Assembly: GCA_000025185.1 (NCBI GenBank)
Contig: CP001848.1
Span: 3,180,001-3,212,000, forward strand
DNA: 32,000 nucleotides
DNA from: Pirellula staleyi DSM 6068
Lineage (GTDB): Bacteria; Planctomycetota; Planctomycetia; Pirellulales; Pirellulaceae
Direction: 5' to 3'
Shown: positions 25,417-32,000 of the stretch, piece after piece
How positions within the stretch are numbered: position 1 is the stretch's first letter
Layout: each line of letters begins with the position of its first letter
Program-made: the position numbers and the translations under genes
Notes under the pieces: generated by a model
Databases searched by the model: none
What the model was told of the DNA's origin: nothing
The model's input: only the letters and a program-made list of their open reading frames with translations

Positions 25417-26241
25417 ATGCGCCTTCGAACCAAGATTCTGCGATTCGTTGCCGCGACCAGCAGTCACTTGCGCTCGGTTGCGACGTTGACGCTGCTCGGA
25501 CTCGCAGCCTCGGCCAGCGCTCAAGAATCGATGGCAGATGTCGCCGCCGGTGAAGCGACCATTCCCACGAAAAATCTGCTCGACGTCTTCTACGACGGCG
25601 GGCCGTTGATGTATCCGATCGGGCTCAGTTCGTTCGTACTCATGATTTTTGTCTTCGAACGTTTCATCAGCCTCCGCCGTGGTCGCGTGATCCCTAAGCC
25701 GTTTGTGAAACGCTTCATCGAGCAGCTTCGCGAGGGACAACTCGATCGCGAGAAAGCGGTCGCTTTGTGCGAGCAGAATAAGAGCCCCGTTGCTGTGGTG
25801 TTCGCCGCTGCTGCGAAAAAATGGGGACGGACAGCAGTCGAAGTCGAGCAGGCGATTCTCGACTCGGGCGAACGAGTAACAAATCAACTCCGCCGGCACT
25901 TGCGGCTCCTCAACGGCATTTCGCAAGTCAGTCCTTTGCTCGGACTCCTGGGGACTGTGCTCGGTATGATCTCGAGCTTCAACGCCATCGCCACCGCTGA
26001 AGCATCTGGTCAGCGCGAAGCACTTGCCGGTGGCATTGCGGAAGCTTTGATCACCACTGCCGCAGGCATGCTGGTGGCGATTCCTGCGCTCATCGCCTAT
26101 CTCTACTTCGTCGGACGGGTCGATCAGCACATCACCGAAATCGACATGCTAGGGCAACAAGTGGTGGAGCTCATCTCGTCCGATGCGCTCGAGCAATCGA
26201 GCCGCGCTGCTCGGAAAGAACGAGCCAAAGCGGCCGCCTAG
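25417..26241 (+). CDS. exbB: MotA/TolQ/ExbB-family proton channel
   Basis: LLGLLGTVLGMISSF and GGIAEALITTAAGMLVAIPALIAYLYF match the ExbB/TolQ TM2-TM3 signatures. The N-terminal signal-like segment starts at ATG 25417. The ORF is open from 25366. Confidence 0.9.
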   Translation: MRLRTKILRFVAATSSHLRSVATLTLLGLAASASAQESMADVAAGEATIPTKNLLDVFYDGGPLMYPIGLSSFVLMIFVFERFISLRRGRVIPKPFVKRFIEQLREGQLDREKAVALCEQNKSPVAVVFAAAAKKWGRTAVEVEQAILDSGERVTNQLRRHLRLLNGISQVSPLLGLLGTVLGMISSFNAIATAEASGQREALAGGIAEALITTAAGMLVAIPALIAYLYFVGRVDQHITEIDMLGQQVVELISSDALEQSSRAARKERAKAAA

Positions 26242-26290
26242 CTCGCTACGAGGAAACCATCGCTAACTCCCCGAAAAACAGATCACTTCC

Positions 26291-26710
26291 ATGCCGCTGA
26301 AAACCCATCAAGACGAGATGCCATCGATCAATCTGACGCCGATGATCGATATCGTTTTTCAGCTCATCATTTTCTTTATGGTTGGTACTCGCTTCACGGA
26401 GATCGAGAAAAGTATCGATCTGAAATTGCCTCAGGTATCGAGTTCCGCCCCACTTTCGTCCGCTCCTCAGAAGCGGGTGATCAACGTGTTTCGCGATGGC
26501 AAAATTCAGATGAATCAACAGGAGTTGTCGCTCGGTCAGTTGACGAGCGAACTCAAAACAGCCCGCGAGCAGTACAACGAACTGGGGGTGGTGGTGCGCG
26601 GCGATGCACAGACTGACCTGCAAAATGTTGCCGCCATTCTGACCGCATGCCGCGAGGCGGGAATTTCTGATTTGGGAATCTCGGTCCGACTAGGAACCAA
26701 GGAACGATAA
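26291..26710 (+). CDS. exbD: ExbD/TolR-family biopolymer transport protein
   Basis: 139 aa. INLTPMIDIVFQLIIFFMV carries the conserved TM Asp (26348-26350). A periplasmic domain of typical length follows. Confidence 0.9.
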   Translation: MPLKTHQDEMPSINLTPMIDIVFQLIIFFMVGTRFTEIEKSIDLKLPQVSSSAPLSSAPQKRVINVFRDGKIQMNQQELSLGQLTSELKTAREQYNELGVVVRGDAQTDLQNVAAILTACREAGISDLGISVRLGTKER

Positions 26711-26713
26711 CCT

Positions 26714-28582
26714 GTGGCCGCGAGCAATTCCCTACTCCTGCTTGCTGCTGGTTCCAGCGATCGCGCCCTCGCTACGATTCTGTTCATTGGTCTAGCGATC
26801 CTCACCACGGGCCTTGTGACGTTGATGTGGACCCGCTGGGGGCATGCCCGTCCGCTCGCTAAATGCGCGGGGCTTTCGCTCTTCGCTCACTTGCTCCTTT
26901 TGATGTACGCCTATGGCACGCGCGTGCTGTTCGACTCACCAGGACGGATCACCTCGAGTGGCACGATGCAGGTGCGGCTCGCCGATGAAAATTCCGATCA
27001 AGATGCCTCCCCCGCCAGCGAAGACTCGCAGCAGCCCTGGGAATGGTCGGTTTCCGAAAAACCTGTTGGTCCCGATCTGCTGTCGCCCGATAAAGTGAAT
27101 TTGCCCGAGGAAGAGGTTGCTCAGAATCCTGCGGAAAATCCGCAGCCGAGCGACAGTCCTGCTCCGATGCCACCGCAACTGGTGCAGCGTGAACCTTCGC
27201 CTCCGGCGCTCCTGCCAGAGCCCCCAGCAGCGACTCCACCGGTTGATAAGACACCCACCGAAAACGCCGGGGATCTGGCCGAGATGGGGCCGATGCCGTC
27301 GGAAGCTGTCGCTCCAGAAGTGGCTGCTGTAGAGCCGCCAGCAGAGCCCGCGCCTCTCGTGCCCCGGCCGAACCCAGTTACCTCCTCGGCGCAGAATGTG
27401 TTCGAAACTTCCCGTGTCGGCCAGCTTCCGACCACCATTCGCCGCAGTGGCGACGGCAAGCCTGTTCCCGCACTGCTCCAAGCACGCATGCAGGCCGATC
27501 GACTCCTCATCGCGAGCCGCTTTGGTGGTACTCCGCAAACGGAAGCCTCCGTCGCTGCTGCCATCGACTGGCTAGTTGCAAATCAATCGGCCGATGGTCG
27601 CTGGGACTGCGATGCCCATGGTGGTGGCCGCGAAACTCGCACTTTAGGACACGATCGTGGCGGTGCAGGAGCACAAGCCGACACAGCAATCACAGGTCTT
27701 GCGCTACTGGCCCTCATGGGGCGTGGTGAAACACATCTGGCTGGCGATCATCGCGAGTCGGTGCAGCATGGCCTCGAGTTTCTCTTAGCCAGTCAAACTG
27801 ACGATGGATGCCTCGCAGGAAACGCCGAACTCTTTGCGGCGATGTATGCGCATGCCATCGCCACACTGGCCGTGTGCGAAGCGTTTGCGCTCACCGGCGA
27901 CGAGCGGCTGCAGCCTGGCGCGGCGAAAGCGATCGAGTACACACTTCGCGCTCAGCACGTCGCTGGTGGCTGGCGTTATCGCCCCGGAGATGCGGGCGAT
28001 ATGAGCCAGTTCGGCTGGCATGTGATGTCGCTCAAGAGCGCCGAACTCGCGGGGTTGCCGATTCCAGCCGAAACAAATCTGCGCATGCGCCGATTCTTGG
28101 CGAGTTGCACGTCGGGGCGTGCGCGGGGACTAGCGGCCTATCGTGCGGGCGATCGTCCCTCGCGCACCATGACCGCCGAAGCAATGGTTTGTCGCGGATT
28201 TCTCGGGGAAAACGTAGCCCAAGCGACCGCCAGCGAAGGGCTGCAATTCATTCTCGAAGAACGGCCGAGTGCACGCAGCGGAAACTTTTACTACTGGTAC
28301 TACGCGACCCTGGCGACGTTTCAGCAGCAAGGGCGCGAATGGGAAACGTGGAATCGTGAGCTACAGCGCGAGTTGCTTTCGACGCAGCGACTCGATGGAG
28401 CGATGGCTGGCAGCTGGGACCCCGATCAAATCTGGGGTGGCTACGGCGGACGTGTTTACAGCACGGCGCTTGGCGCACTCATGCTGGAAGTCTACTACCG
28501 CTATCTGCCGACACTGGGTGACGATGCCGCTGCTGCCGATCGTATTACTGAACGTCCCGACGTCAGCCCTTATGGGCGATAA
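26714..28582 (+). CDS. Membrane-anchored protein: two N-terminal TM segments (second with SxxxH), acidic Pro-rich spacer, C-terminal QW-motif (alpha/alpha)-toroid (prenyltransferase/squalene-cyclase-repeat-like) domain
   Basis: 622 aa. The GTG start lies 3 nt after the exbD stop. TM segments at about aa 17-39 and 50-67 (AGLSLFAHLLLLMYAYG). Residues 95-225 are rich in Pro/Glu/Ala (PSDSPAPMPPQLVQREPSPPALLPEPPAATPP...). The C-terminal region has QxxxGxW-type repeats: NQSADGRW, AQHVAGGW, SQTDDGCL, TQRLDGAMAGSW. Confidence 0.8.
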   Translation: MAASNSLLLLAAGSSDRALATILFIGLAILTTGLVTLMWTRWGHARPLAKCAGLSLFAHLLLLMYAYGTRVLFDSPGRITSSGTMQVRLADENSDQDASPASEDSQQPWEWSVSEKPVGPDLLSPDKVNLPEEEVAQNPAENPQPSDSPAPMPPQLVQREPSPPALLPEPPAATPPVDKTPTENAGDLAEMGPMPSEAVAPEVAAVEPPAEPAPLVPRPNPVTSSAQNVFETSRVGQLPTTIRRSGDGKPVPALLQARMQADRLLIASRFGGTPQTEASVAAAIDWLVANQSADGRWDCDAHGGGRETRTLGHDRGGAGAQADTAITGLALLALMGRGETHLAGDHRESVQHGLEFLLASQTDDGCLAGNAELFAAMYAHAIATLAVCEAFALTGDERLQPGAAKAIEYTLRAQHVAGGWRYRPGDAGDMSQFGWHVMSLKSAELAGLPIPAETNLRMRRFLASCTSGRARGLAAYRAGDRPSRTMTAEAMVCRGFLGENVAQATASEGLQFILEERPSARSGNFYYWYYATLATFQQQGREWETWNRELQRELLSTQRLDGAMAGSWDPDQIWGGYGGRVYSTALGALMLEVYYRYLPTLGDDAAAADRITERPDVSPYGR

Positions 28583-28621
28583 ATCGCGCGTGGTTGTTCT
28601 TCGCCATGTTGTTTTCACCTG

Positions 28622-29308
28622 CTAAGTGCCGCGCGTTGCGCCGTACCACTCGATATGTTTTCGCGGACAAAGCTGAAACCCGCGAGCGGCACAAAAGGGG
28701 GCGAGCCAAGCACTACGCGCCGCTAACTCCTCGAGCTTCGTTCCTTGCGGCATCAGCAGCACTCGTTCGGGACGAACCTCGGGAAACTCTTCGAGCCAAC
28801 TGTCGAGCTCCGCGAAATCGCTCTCGCTATCGATCACAAATTTCAGCTGATAGTCGTACTCGGCGATCATTTTGCGAATCACGTGGGGCTGATGCCGCAC
28901 GCGCTCATGACGAGCTGCCCAGCGACCAGCACGCGCCACGCTCGGCGTGCTGCTGGCGAGCTTGGGACTAATCGACATCAAATCGCAGGCAACTTCCAAA
29001 TGAAGCGTGCCTGCTGTCTCGATGGTGATGTGCAGCCCGAGTCGCTTCAGTTCCTGCGTCAGCGGCACCATTTCGCTATAGAGCATCGGTTCGCCGCCGG
29101 TGATCACCACGTGCGACGTTTGCTTCGCCTGCACCTGGTGAACGATTTCTTCGAGGCTCCAGTCTTCCCCTTCAGGTTGCCAGCTCGTGAAGGGGGTGTC
29201 GCAAAACCAGCAGCGAAGATTACAGCCGCTGGCGCGCACAAACACGCTCGGGGTGCCTGTCAGGCGCCCTTCCCCTTGCAGCGACGTGTAAAGTTCAGCG
29301 ATCAGCAT
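28622..29308 (-). CDS. queE: 7-carboxy-7-deazaguanine synthase (radical SAM), QueE
   Basis: ELYTSLQGEGRLTGTPSVFVRASGCNLRCWFCDT (Cx3Cx2C radical-SAM cluster in QueE context) and ITGGEP. The start is set at ATG 29308 (MLIAELY...). The ORF is open to 29359. Confidence 0.88.
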   Translation of the reverse strand: MLIAELYTSLQGEGRLTGTPSVFVRASGCNLRCWFCDTPFTSWQPEGEDWSLEEIVHQVQAKQTSHVVITGGEPMLYSEMVPLTQELKRLGLHITIETAGTLHLEVACDLMSISPKLASSTPSVARAGRWAARHERVRHQPHVIRKMIAEYDYQLKFVIDSESDFAELDSWLEEFPEVRPERVLLMPQGTKLEELAARSAWLAPFCAARGFQLCPRKHIEWYGATRGT

Positions 29309-29352
29309 AGCGGTAGTTGTAACCTCGCCCCCTTTGCGCGAGCCTAGCCATA

Positions 29353-29751
29353 ATGACACAATACGTAATTCACGAAAAGGAGAAGCCCGGCGTGTCTGAT
29401 ACCCCCCGAAATCTGCTCGAAACGTTCGAAAACAAGTTCCCCTCGCGCGACTATACGATCGAGATCGTCGCCCCCGAATTCACTTCGGTATGCCCCCTCA
29501 CAGGGCAGCCCGACTTTGGCACCATCACGCTCCGCTATACCCCCGATGCGAAATGCGTGGAGCTGAAGAGCTTTAAGTTCTACCTGCAAAGCTTCCGTAA
29601 TCGCGGAATCTTCTACGAGAACGTCACGAACTCGATCTTCGACGACTTGGTCGCAGTGCTTGAGCCCCGGCATCTTGTCCTCACCGCTCGCTTCACTCCT
29701 CGTGGCGGCATCTCTTCGGTCATCGAAGTGGTGCACCAAAAAACAAAGTAA
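29353..29751 (+). CDS. queF: NADPH-dependent 7-cyano-7-deazaguanine (preQ0) reductase, unimodular type
   Basis: 132 aa. [18 protein letters not shown] (nucleophile Cys) and [15 protein letters not shown] (QueF motif). Confidence 0.92.
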   Translation: MTQYVIHEKEKPGVSDTPRNLLETFENKFPSRDYTIEIVAPEFTSVCPLTGQPDFGTITLRYTPDAKCVELKSFKFYLQSFRNRGIFYENVTNSIFDDLVAVLEPRHLVLTARFTPRGGISSVIEVVHQKTK

Positions 29752-29827
29752 TTCGCAGTAGCAACCGCTCCCTCCTGAGTGTTGTCGTCGGTTCTTGTTG
29801 ATTTTTTGCAGCTGAAAGTTAGCGAGC

Positions 29828-31003
29828 ATGAAGATTGCATACATCGATTGCTTGAGCGGCATCAGCGGCGATATGTTCCTCGGAGCCCTCGTCGACTCTG
29901 GGGTTCCGCTCGAGCAATTGCAGGCTGCTATCGACTCGCTCGCGATTCCCGTTTGTCGGCTCGAAGCCACCAGTGTGCATCGCAAAGGGTTTCGCTCGCT
30001 GAAGGTGAAAGTGCATACCGAGCCTGAGAAGGCGCACCGCCACCTGCACCATATCGTCGACAAGATCGAAGCCTCGCAGGTTCTCACCGCGCCCCAAAAA
30101 GACCTCGCCAAACGGATTTTCACCAAGCTCGGAATCGCTGAAGCGACCGTGCATGGAACCGATCTGCGAAAGGTCCATTTCCACGAAGTGGGGGCGGCTG
30201 ATTCGATTGCCGATATCGTCGGCGCTGCGGTCGGAATTACGCTGCTGGGTGTCGATCGGATCGTCTGTTCTCCGGTGCCAACGGGAAGCGGTTTTATCGA
30301 AATCGATCACGGCCGCGTCAGCATCCCGGCTCCAGCAACCGCCGAACTCCTCAAGGGAATTCCACTCGCTCCTTCGGTTGCGACCATCGAACTCACAACC
30401 CCCACCGGTGCCGCCATTGTCGCCACTGTCGCTGACACGTTTGGTCCACTCCCGGCGATGACGATGCAAACCATCGGTATCGGGGCTGGGGATCACGACC
30501 TGAAAGTACAGCCGAACATCATGCGGCTGATCATCGGCGAGTCGACCGCTGAACTTGCTCGCGACGATGTGTGGGTCCTCGAGACCAATCTCGACGACGT
30601 CACCGGAGAAGTGATTGGCCATGCCACTTCGAAATTGCTCGACGCCGGCGCACTCGATGTCTACACCACTGCGATTCAGATGAAAAAGAATCGCCCCGGT
30701 GTTCTCATCACGGTCTTGGCTCCAGCAGAACTGGCGGCGAAGTGCGAAAAGATTTTGTTCCGCGAAACCGGCACGCTTGGAATCCGGCGCTACCTGGCGA
30801 GTCGTCACAAACTCGAGCGCCGGGCATGTTCGGTGGAGACATCGATCGGCCTCGTCGCTGGCAAACTGGCGACCCTTTCCGACGGCACGGAAAGTTTCTC
30901 TCCCGAGTACGAAGCTTGCCGCGTGATTGCTGCCGAAAAGAATCTGCCTCTACGCGAGGTCTATGAAATTGCTCTTCGCGCGTTTGAGCAGAAAACAACT
31001 TAA
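29828..31003 (+). CDS. larC: LarC-family nickel insertion protein (nickel-pincer cofactor biosynthesis; DUF111)
   Basis: 391 aa. MKIAYIDCLSGISGDMFLGALVDSGV and HFHEVGAADSIADIVGAAVG are the LarC/DUF111 N-terminal signatures. The C-terminal domain is of typical length. Confidence 0.85.
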   Translation: MKIAYIDCLSGISGDMFLGALVDSGVPLEQLQAAIDSLAIPVCRLEATSVHRKGFRSLKVKVHTEPEKAHRHLHHIVDKIEASQVLTAPQKDLAKRIFTKLGIAEATVHGTDLRKVHFHEVGAADSIADIVGAAVGITLLGVDRIVCSPVPTGSGFIEIDHGRVSIPAPATAELLKGIPLAPSVATIELTTPTGAAIVATVADTFGPLPAMTMQTIGIGAGDHDLKVQPNIMRLIIGESTAELARDDVWVLETNLDDVTGEVIGHATSKLLDAGALDVYTTAIQMKKNRPGVLITVLAPAELAAKCEKILFRETGTLGIRRYLASRHKLERRACSVETSIGLVAGKLATLSDGTESFSPEYEACRVIAAEKNLPLREVYEIALRAFEQKTT

Positions 31004-31093
31004 ATCTCGATGAATAATGGCGTTTCGTGAGGGCGTAATGTCCTGAGAAACGACCACTCATTTTCGCGAGTCTTAGCAAACAGTCGTTGCCCC

Positions 31094-32000
31094 ATGCCGT
31101 CGCCACTCATCATTCTCGGGGCATCGACCCGCGCTTTGGCCCAGTCGGCTGTGCGGGCTGGCTATGAGCCTTGGTGCGTGGATCTCTTTGCCGATCAGGA
31201 TCTGCGGGCCCTTGCGCCGGTCGTGCAGATTCAGCGCTATCCCACCGAGTTCCTGCGCGCTATCGATCAGGCTCCTGAGGCACCTTGGATTTACACAGGT
31301 GGCCTCGAAAACTATCCGCTGCTGATCGAGCGCATGGCGCGGAAACGTCGCCTGCTGGGTAACCATCCAGAGACGCTCCGTGCGGTGCGATCGCCAACCC
31401 TCGTTCAGCAAATGGCGAGTCGCGCTGGTTTGCGCGCGCTAGACGTACGATTCGCTGCTGATCAACTCGCTGGCTCTCAGCAGCGCTATCTCGTGAAGCC
31501 ACTTCGATCGGCAGGTGGACTGGCGATTCGATCGCTCACTACCAGCGAAACGATTCCACGTCGCTGTTTTGCCCAAGAGCATGCGGAAGGAGAATCTCTA
31601 GCGATTTTGGTAGTGGTTTCTCGCGGGGGAGTGCAGCTGCTTGGCGCGACACGTCAGCTGCACGAACAAGCGCATCCGCGCGGGGCATATGTTTACGCTG
31701 GATCGATCGGTCCCCTATCGCTCACAGAAGTTGAAACTACGCAGATCCGAAGTTTTGTGAAGCTTTTTGCTGCCGAGCATCGACTGGTGGGAATTGTCGG
31801 GATCGATTGCATTCGAACTTCCAGCGGACTTGCCGTGGTCGAGATCAATCCGCGTTATACGGCCAGCGTAGAAATCCTCGAACGTGCCACCGGTGTCCCT
31901 GCGCTCGACTGGCATTGTCGCGCTTGTGGAGGGGATTTAGACGTCGCCAGTCTAACTATTGCCGATCGTGCCGATCGACGCATTGTGGGGAAGCAAATTG
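31094..32000 (+). CDS. ATP-grasp superfamily protein (carboligase-like), 3'-truncated by window end
   Basis: I hand-translated the open frame from ATG 31094 to the window edge (302 codons, no stop). It is absent from the ORF track, presumably because it has no stop. N-terminal PLIILGASTRALAQSAVRAGY is a Rossmann-like pre-ATP-grasp segment. VVEINPRYTAS (Glu 31841-31843, Asn 31847-31849) is the ATP-grasp Mg-binding E-x-N motif. Confidence 0.7.
   Translation, partial: MPSPLIILGASTRALAQSAVRAGYEPWCVDLFADQDLRALAPVVQIQRYPTEFLRAIDQAPEAPWIYTGGLENYPLLIERMARKRRLLGNHPETLRAVRSPTLVQQMASRAGLRALDVRFAADQLAGSQQRYLVKPLRSAGGLAIRSLTTSETIPRRCFAQEHAEGESLAILVVVSRGGVQLLGATRQLHEQAHPRGAYVYAGSIGPLSLTEVETTQIRSFVKLFAAEHRLVGIVGIDCIRTSSGLAVVEINPRYTASVEILERATGVPALDWHCRACGGDLDVASLTIADRADRRIVGKQI

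Noticed and set aside
24961-26130. Long antisense ORFs opposite well-supported genes. Examples: 24961-26130 (-, 389 aa), 29819-30808 (-, 329 aa), 11653-12570 (+, 305 aa), 2354-3181 (-, 275 aa), 15633-16457 (-, 274 aa), 22353-23180 (-, 275 aa), 24151-24924 (-, 257 aa), 29344-30126 (-, 260 aa), 14130-14822 (-, 230 aa), 17441-18172 (-, 243 aa), 53-739 (+, 228 aa).
   Set aside because: Each lies opposite a gene with unambiguous family motifs (ExbB, LarC, FabI, HemH and others). Their translations are Arg/Ser/His-rich and low in complexity, with no motifs. These are typical shadow ORFs of GC-rich DNA.
25417-26710. A MotA/ExbB plus MotB/ExbD-like pair considered as a Zorya-type anti-phage stator (ZorAB).
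   Set aside because: Both proteins have ordinary ExbB and ExbD lengths and motifs. There is no long ZorA tail, no ZorC/D/E-like nuclease or helicase genes, and no peptidoglycan-binding MotB/OmpA domain.
29309-29352. preQ1 riboswitch expected near queuosine genes.
   Set aside because: The 44-nt queE/queF spacer has no small hairpin followed by an A-rich tail, and it is too short for class I to III architectures.
1-32000. A search by eye for CRISPR arrays, IS elements or transposases, integrases, prophage genes, rRNA genes, or long tandem or direct repeats.
   Set aside because: None was found. No ORF shows DDE, tyrosine-recombinase or serine-recombinase motifs. No regularly spaced repeats were seen, and no repeats flank the tRNA that would suggest an integrated element.

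Overview
This window reads as chromosomal DNA from a moderately GC-rich bacterium. The gene content suggests Planctomycetota, probably Pirellulales-like (inference only): many secreted TPR/HEAT proteins, DUF1080 domains, a sigma-54 activator, a split nuo locus and weak Shine-Dalgarno usage. I can support about 30 protein genes, one tRNA-Glu(UUC) and three intrinsic terminators. I see no CRISPR array, rRNA, IS element or integrase.

Housekeeping genes: nuoI, csrA, ferrochelatase, thiolase, an aldo/keto reductase, a Nudix hydrolase, fabI, queE, queF and larC. Between them sit envelope and secreted-protein genes.

Four loci deserve a second look:
1. 23428-28582: an operon of TPR protein, ExbB and ExbD. 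The TonB/TolA partner slot is filled by a 622-aa protein with an SxxxH-containing membrane anchor, an acidic proline-rich spacer and a C-terminal QW-motif (alpha/alpha)-toroid (prenyltransferase/terpene-cyclase-like) domain. I recognise no TonB or TolA C-terminal domain in it.
2. 20088-22028: a secreted TPR/HEAT-like protein that ends in a Hint (bacterial intein-like) domain with only a 17-residue tail. This is a Hedgehog-like autoprocessing architecture with no toxin module.
3. 7069-9384: a three-domain fusion of an HtrA-type serine protease (no PDZ domain), a DUF1080 lectin-like domain and a SirB1-like domain.
4. 29828-32000: larC without other lar genes nearby, followed by an ATP-grasp gene.

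Start codons were chosen by hand, using family N-termini, signal peptides and SD-like motifs. Several are uncertain by 20-80 nt. All family assignments come from motif recognition by eye, not from database searches.
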